From NCBI GenBank assembly GCA_934273635.1, contig CAKQSV010000001.1, positions 85,393-149,392 of the forward strand: a DNA stretch of 64,000 nt, written 5' to 3'. The notes beneath the pieces were generated by a model that was not told the DNA's origin, searched no databases, and saw nothing but the letters and a program-made list of their open reading frames with translations. This document shows, one piece after another, positions 58,829-64,000 of this stretch (position 1 is the first letter of the stretch; each line of letters begins with the position of its first letter). Source of the stretch: an uncultured Alphaproteobacteria bacterium (lineage in GTDB: Bacteria > Pseudomonadota > Alphaproteobacteria > RF32 > CAG-239). The position numbers and the translations under genes were made by a program.

Positions 58829-59860
58829 TTAATCTATTATTTTAATTGAAAATTTTTCATTTGTCATTGACGGGGCAGGGGTTGCAACAGCCGGCGTCGG
58901 CATTGGCTCGGGCATAACACCGCGGCGTTTTTGCTCCAGAATATCAACAATCATATCAAGTTCGGCCGGTGAGGCGTATTGCAACACAACTTTGCCGCCG
59001 CCCTGCTTGCTTTGGCTGATTTTAATTCGTAAACCAAGGCTTTCCTTAAGGCTGTTTTCGATATCCGCAATATCTGAATTTGTTTCTTCCTTAGCCGGTT
59101 TAGCGGCTTTTTTATCAGATTTGAGTTTGGCAACAAGTTCTTCAACCTGTCGGACGCTCATATCTTTTTTTATGATTTTTTCCGCCAATTCCTCAGCGTT
59201 GTCCAAACCTATTAATTGACGAGCATGGCCGGCGCTCAGTTTGCCTTCTTTTACCAACTGTTTGACAGCAGCCGGAAGATTAAGCAATCTGAGCGTGTTT
59301 GCTATGTAGCTGCGCGATTTGCCGATTATTTGCGACAGCGCCTCTTGGGTGTGGGCAAATTCATCAATCAATCGCTGCAGCGCCTCGGCCTCTTCAATCG
59401 CGGATAAATTCTCTCTCAGCAAGTTTTCAACTAAGGCTACTTCTAAAACTTCTTTATCATCAAAGTTTTTTTCAATAACCGGAACTTTGCCAAGCCCCGC
59501 GATTTGGGAGGCGCGCCACCTTCTTTCTCCGGCAATCAGCTCATATCCCAAGTCTGATTTGCGCACCAATAACGGCTGCAAAACGCCTTTTTCTTTGATG
59601 GACTGCGCCAGAGCGTTTAACGAATCTTCATCAAACTCGGTTCGAGGTTGAAAATGGCTCGGCTTTATCAGACTAATGTCAACTAAAGTCGGCGCCTCTA
59701 AATTTTTGTTTTCAACTGAAGGTTCGTCTAATGCTTCTAAATTAAAATCATCATCGTCACCAAGCAATGCGCCCAGACCACGACCCAGACTCTTGCGTTT
59801 GTGTGACTGCGGCTCATCGTGCGACGCGCCGATAATATCTTCAAGTTCGTTGTCTAGCAT
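58829..59860 (-). CDS. parB: chromosome partitioning protein ParB
   Basis: ParB box (LVENLLRENL) and HTH. Lies downstream of parA. Confidence 0.9.
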   Translation of the reverse strand: MLDNELEDIIGASHDEPQSHKRKSLGRGLGALLGDDDDFNLEALDEPSVENKNLEAPTLVDISLIKPSHFQPRTEFDEDSLNALAQSIKEKGVLQPLLVRKSDLGYELIAGERRWRASQIAGLGKVPVIEKNFDDKEVLEVALVENLLRENLSAIEEAEALQRLIDEFAHTQEALSQIIGKSRSYIANTLRLLNLPAAVKQLVKEGKLSAGHARQLIGLDNAEELAEKIIKKDMSVRQVEELVAKLKSDKKAAKPAKEETNSDIADIENSLKESLGLRIKISQSKQGGGKVVLQYASPAELDMIVDILEQKRRGVMPEPMPTPAVATPAPSMTNEKFSIKIID

Positions 59861-60633
59861 GCTTGTAATTCCTTTTCTCTTTTCAAAACTTCGCCGGTGA
59901 GGCTGATATAAGCCTGTGAGCCGGAGCATTTGAAGTCATATAACAAAACCGGTTTGCCGTGTGACGGCGCTTCTGAAATTCTGACGTTTCTCGGAATAAC
60001 GGTTTGATAAACTTTTTTACCGAAATAATTGCGGACATCGTCTTCAACCATTTGCGACAAGTTGTTGCGGCGGTCATACATGGTGAGCACCACACCTTGC
60101 AGTTCAAGCGTCGGGTTAAAACGTTTTTTAATCTGATTGATATTGCGAATCAAATCGGTCACGCCTTCAAGCGCCAAAAACTCGCACTGCAAAGGCACAA
60201 TCACGGCATTGGCGGCCACAAGCGCGTTGATGGTCACAAGACTCAAAGACGGCGGGCAGTCAATTAAAACATAGTCATAATTCATCGCGCCTTTATTTAA
60301 TGCCTGCTTGAGCATATATTCACGGTGCTCAACATCTATCAATTCAACTTCGGCACCGGCCAAGTCTGGCGAGGAAGGAATAATTGAAAAATTAGGAACC
60401 TCTGTCCAAACGACTGCCTCAGACAAAGTTTTTTCTCCAAGCAAAACCTCATAAGCTGAAGACATACGTCCTCTTTTGTTGATTCCCATTGAGGTCGAGG
60501 CGTTGCCTTGCGGGTCTAAATCGACAACCAAAACCTTTTTACCGGTGGCGGCCATTGCTGTGGCAATATTCACCGTGGTTGTGGTTTTTCCAACACCGCC
60601 TTTGCGGTTGGCAATCGCAATTATTCTTGGCAT
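59854..60633 (-). CDS. parA: chromosome partitioning ATPase ParA
   Basis: KGGVGKTTT deviant Walker A. Confidence 0.93.
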   Translation of the reverse strand: MPRIIAIANRKGGVGKTTTTVNIATAMAATGKKVLVVDLDPQGNASTSMGINKRGRMSSAYEVLLGEKTLSEAVVWTEVPNFSIIPSSPDLAGAEVELIDVEHREYMLKQALNKGAMNYDYVLIDCPPSLSLVTINALVAANAVIVPLQCEFLALEGVTDLIRNINQIKKRFNPTLELQGVVLTMYDRRNNLSQMVEDDVRNYFGKKVYQTVIPRNVRISEAPSHGKPVLLYDFKCSGSQAYISLTGEVLKREKELQAC

Positions 60634-61260
60634 TTATTTAACTCCTTTAATTGATGACAGATGATTAATCAGCAAAATGACGCCGTCGTCACTAACTTCA
60701 TTTTTTTCAATACGGCAGTCAAATTTCCAGTTGCGGCGAGCCTCATCCAATTCTTCTTGATAGCTGCGTCCTTTGGGGAAAATCATTAAGGTTTGTTTGG
60801 TTATAAACCTTAATGAATATTTTAACAAATCGTTCAAGTTGCACATGGCGCGCGAGGTTATCACATCGACTTTTTGCGCCGGAAGATTTTCAATTCTATC
60901 ATTGACAACATCAACATTAAGTTGGCAAAGCTCTTTAACAGTGTTTAAATACAGTGTTTTCTTTTTAATACTTTCAATCAATTTTACTTTCAGCTGCGGT
61001 AATTTTTCTTGAGCCATAATTGCCAATACCAAAGCCGGAAATCCAGCCCCAGAGCCAAAGTCAAGCATTATCCGCGCAGACGTCGGAATAAATTTGAACA
61101 ACTGAACAGAGTCTTCAAAATGACGTTGCCATGCGTTTTCAAGAGAAGCATTGCTCACCAAATTAAACTTATTTTGCCACTTATGCAAACTGGCTTCATA
61201 AGTTTTTAATTTGAGAAATGTTTCACGTGAAACATTATATTTTTCTATAAATCTTTCCAT
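60634..61260 (-). CDS. rsmG: 16S rRNA (guanine527-N7)-methyltransferase RsmG (GidB)
   Basis: GSGAGFP SAM motif. Synteny with parA. Confidence 0.85.
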   Translation of the reverse strand: MERFIEKYNVSRETFLKLKTYEASLHKWQNKFNLVSNASLENAWQRHFEDSVQLFKFIPTSARIMLDFGSGAGFPALVLAIMAQEKLPQLKVKLIESIKKKTLYLNTVKELCQLNVDVVNDRIENLPAQKVDVITSRAMCNLNDLLKYSLRFITKQTLMIFPKGRSYQEELDEARRNWKFDCRIEKNEVSDDGVILLINHLSSIKGVK

Positions 61261-61409
61261 AGAAAAATTTATACAATTTTTATAAAAAATTTAAAATATA
61301 TTTTTATGACTTATAAACATCTTTATAAGACTTTTTTCGACATTATTTTAAGCAAATGCAATTTTATTTTAAATTCAGCGACTTAAACAATGTTTATTGA
61401 ATCAAAATA

Positions 61410-62234
61410 TTAAAATTCAGGACAAAAGCGATTCGTATAATTTAACTCTGAGAGCAGAGATTCGGCTCGTTCAAAATACTGTGCCAACATTTGCGTGGCG
61501 TGCGCGTCGTCACTGATGATTATCGGGACGTTTCTTTTAGCTAATTCTGCCAATACCCATTTTTCAGGATGTTGTTCGCCGACCTTTGTCCAGCCACTGG
61601 TATTTAACTCACATGGCTGATGATAGTGTGCCAAAGTTTCAACGACCTCAAGTTTGCGATCGTTCCACTCAGGCGTCATACAATAACCAAACAGTTTGCA
61701 AACATCTAAGTGCGCAATAAAACTAAAGTAGCCGCTTTTGATTGCAGCAATGATATTATCCCAATAGTTGTTTAAATACACCGTTAAATATTCTTCATCA
61801 ATACGAGCTACCGGAGACCGATGCAGATAGTAAAGATTCATAAGATATTGTTCAGACTTATTGCGTAAAAAATGTGTTGCGCCGATATAGTAATCGGCAC
61901 CGATTTCTTTTTGCAACTTTTCAAACAAATCGCGCCATTGCCGAGAGGGAAAGAAGTCAACCTCAAAACCGACTTTCACATCAACCTTAAAGTTTAAAGA
62001 CGCTGTTCTAATTTCATCTACCGTACGCTTGTAACAATCAGCCGCTTTTTGGAAATCGGCAAAAAACATCTGTGATTGCTCCAAAACAATGTTGGGATGA
62101 AAACATAAATGATTACTGATTCCCATTTTAACATAGCCGATATTTTCGGCTTGTTGAATCATTTCAGCCGCGGTATTGCGACCATCATAAATACCTAGCG
62201 TGTTGGTGTGCGTGTGATAGGAAAAGTTTTGCAT
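61410..62234 (-). CDS. PHP-family histidinol-phosphatase-like protein
   Basis: MQNFSYHTHT and later His/Asp PHP motifs. ATG at 62234. Confidence 0.65.
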   Translation of the reverse strand: MQNFSYHTHTNTLGIYDGRNTAAEMIQQAENIGYVKMGISNHLCFHPNIVLEQSQMFFADFQKAADCYKRTVDEIRTASLNFKVDVKVGFEVDFFPSRQWRDLFEKLQKEIGADYYIGATHFLRNKSEQYLMNLYYLHRSPVARIDEEYLTVYLNNYWDNIIAAIKSGYFSFIAHLDVCKLFGYCMTPEWNDRKLEVVETLAHYHQPCELNTSGWTKVGEQHPEKWVLAELAKRNVPIIISDDAHATQMLAQYFERAESLLSELNYTNRFCPEF

Positions 62235-62235
62235 T

Positions 62236-64000
62236 TTATTTCTTATCCACAAAGCCTAAAATTGCAGTGACGGCGGCAGGTGTCACACCGGAAATTCGCG
62301 ATGCCTCGCCGATTGTCTGCGGTTTTATTTTGGTAAGTTTTTGCACCATCTCTCGCGACAAACCACCGATTTTACTATAATCAATATCATCACGAATTTT
62401 GAGGTTTTCGTCTTTTTTGAAAACTTCAATATCCGCCAACTGGCGTTTGAGGTAGCCCGAATATTTGGCGTCAATTTCTATTTGTTCATAAACATCATTA
62501 GTCATATCAGCCAACTGCGGCCAAATGGTGTTTATTGTTTCACGTGAAACACCTTCATAAGACATCACATTAAATGCGGTGCGCAGAGTGCCGTCCTTTT
62601 TAGTCTTGATTCCAAAGGTCTCGAGCTTGTTCGGAGAGATTGAAAGTTTGTCACAGAGGTCTTTATATTTTTCTATTTGCGCATATTTGTCCTTAAACAC
62701 ATTGTAGCGATATTTGCCAACGCAACCGATATTATAACCATCTTCCGTCAGGCGAGCGTCGGCATTGTCCGCGCGCAACAAAAGGCGATATTCAGAACGC
62801 GAGGTAAACATACGATAAGGTTCATCGACACCTTTGGTGATAAGGTCGTCAATCATCACGCCGATATAGCCCTTGCTTCTATCTATGACAAATTCACGAT
62901 TTTGTCCCTCGGCGCATAACGCGGCATTGACACCGGCAATCAAACCTTGCGCCGCCGCTTCTTCGTATCCGGTCGTACCGTTGATTTGACCGGCAAGGTA
63001 AAGCCCTTTGATTTTTTTAACGCCTAAGCAATGATTGAGCTCTTGCGGGTCTACATAGTCATATTCAATCGCATAGGCATAGCGTAAAATTTCAACATCT
63101 TCCAAGCCTTCCATGGTGTGAATAAATTGGTCTTGCACATCAGCCGGCAGAGAAGTGGAAATGCCGTTAGGATAAACAACATCTGTATCCAAACCTTCGG
63201 GTTCAAGAAAAATCTGATGACTGGTACGGTCGGCAAACTTAACCAATTTATCTTCAATACTCGGGCAATAGCGCGGACCGACACCGGTAATCAAACCAGA
63301 AAACAGCGCGCATTTGGAAAAATTATCACGAATAATCTTGTGCGTGTTTTCGTTGGTATGGGTGACATAACACTGTATTTGCGGATTGGTAATCTGTTTG
63401 GTGAGATAAGAAAACGGCTGCGGCGGATTATCACCGTCTTGCGTTTCTAACTTTTCCCAATGAATTGTTTTACCGTTCAGACGGGCAGGGGTTCCGGTTT
63501 TTAGGCGACCGGTTTTTATGCCTTTAGAGTTTAAATACGGTGTTATACCCGTACAACTGACATCATCAACGCGACCACCAATACTGGTTTGGTGACCAAT
63601 GAACATAACACCGTTAAGAAATGTTCCGGTTGTGAGCACAACCGCTTTAGCTTTAATCTCTGTTTTGTCGGCAAGAATAACACCGATTATCGTATCGTTA
63701 TCAAAAATCAAGCCTTCAACCGCCGCTTCGATAATTTCTAAATTAGGCTGATTGTTCAGTGCCTCAAGCATATATTTTTTGTAGAGTTTGCGGTCAGCTT
63801 GCGCACGAGGACCGCGAACCGCCGGTCCTTTTGACAGATTAAGCATACGGAACTGAATACCGGCTTTATCAATCACTCTGCCCATTAAACCGTCAAGAGC
63901 GTCAACCTCACGCACCAAGTGACCTTTACCCAAACCACCGATTGCGGGGTTGCAAGACATTTCGCCAATCGTGGCAATTTTGTGTGTGATTAAAGCGGTT
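62236..64000 (-). CDS. mnmG: tRNA uridine 5-carboxymethylaminomethyl modification enzyme MnmG (GidA); N-terminus lies beyond the window end
   Basis: MSCNPAIGGLGKGHLVREVDALDG... is colinear with MnmG from about residue 45. The frame is open to the window edge. Confidence 0.93.
   Translation of the reverse strand, partial: TALITHKIATIGEMSCNPAIGGLGKGHLVREVDALDGLMGRVIDKAGIQFRMLNLSKGPAVRGPRAQADRKLYKKYMLEALNNQPNLEIIEAAVEGLIFDNDTIIGVILADKTEIKAKAVVLTTGTFLNGVMFIGHQTSIGGRVDDVSCTGITPYLNSKGIKTGRLKTGTPARLNGKTIHWEKLETQDGDNPPQPFSYLTKQITNPQIQCYVTHTNENTHKIIRDNFSKCALFSGLITGVGPRYCPSIEDKLVKFADRTSHQIFLEPEGLDTDVVYPNGISTSLPADVQDQFIHTMEGLEDVEILRYAYAIEYDYVDPQELNHCLGVKKIKGLYLAGQINGTTGYEEAAAQGLIAGVNAALCAEGQNREFVIDRSKGYIGVMIDDLITKGVDEPYRMFTSRSEYRLLLRADNADARLTEDGYNIGCVGKYRYNVFKDKYAQIEKYKDLCDKLSISPNKLETFGIKTKKDGTLRTAFNVMSYEGVSRETINTIWPQLADMTNDVYEQIEIDAKYSGYLKRQLADIEVFKKDENLKIRDDIDYSKIGGLSREMVQKLTKIKPQTIGEASRISGVTPAAVTAILGFVDKK

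Overview
This is a 64-kb chromosomal window from what looks like an alphaproteobacterium. The supporting signs are a CcrM-family DPPY adenine methyltransferase, a short one-domain HprK, an EIIA-Man/HPr pair, an ELM1-like protein, the mnmG-rsmG-parA-parB block, and ihfB and lapA sitting between accA and accD. Overall GC is about 45-48%. Most of the window is housekeeping and well conserved: recF (3' part), ptsH, lolA, cmk, rpsA, accA, rmuC, ihfB, accD, dnaK, dnaJ, opgG/opgH, elbB, gyrB, cvpA, radA, mlaEF, hprK, tsaE, parAB, rsmG and mnmG (5' end truncated by the window edge). Embedded in this are several accessory or unusual loci.

- **Pilin-like array (6354-9704):** three tandem paralogues, each carrying a signal peptide plus a core with two hydrophobic helices of the VirB2/TrbC type-IV-secretion pilin kind. 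The third copy is an 827-aa chimera. Its pilin core sits between a Cys/Lys/Ala-rich domain of about 260 aa and a low-complexity Thr/Lys/Gly/Asp-rich tail of about 480 aa.
- **Palindromic-repeat field (9780-10420):** an intergenic stretch of about 650 bp immediately downstream of the array. It holds seven copies of a CTAAAWWTTTAG-centred hairpin with co-varying stems and two copies of a ~68-bp MITE-like element with 11-bp inverted ends.
- **Tandem REP-like hairpins (5930-6066):** two units with compensatory stem changes upstream of a porin gene. The motif GCRATGACG recurs in the 9780-10420 repeat field.
- **Orphan methyltransferase (2031-2963):** a CcrM-family gene lacking the CcrM C-terminal domain, lying 6 nt after ptsH. 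It is followed by two tandem unannotated peptide ORFs (Ser/Lys-rich, 51 and 31 aa) with strong ribosome-binding sites; the first ends in a SSSCGCGCNSN motif.
- **Large unassigned protein (37241-41059):** a 1272-aa protein with no signal peptide and glycine-zipper hydrophobic segments, under a near-consensus sigma-70 promoter.
- **Tandem-repeat secreted protein (43508-43936):** six repeats of 21 aa (YGYNAQGQYVP...), translationally coupled to a CNNM/TlyC gene.
- **Archaemetzincin-like metallopeptidase (51478-52764):** carries a long C-terminal extension.

Synteny breaks include convergent dnaK and dnaJ, recF separated from gyrB, and a PHP histidinol phosphatase inserted between mnmG and rsmG. 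No rRNA, tRNA, CRISPR array or obvious transposase was seen.
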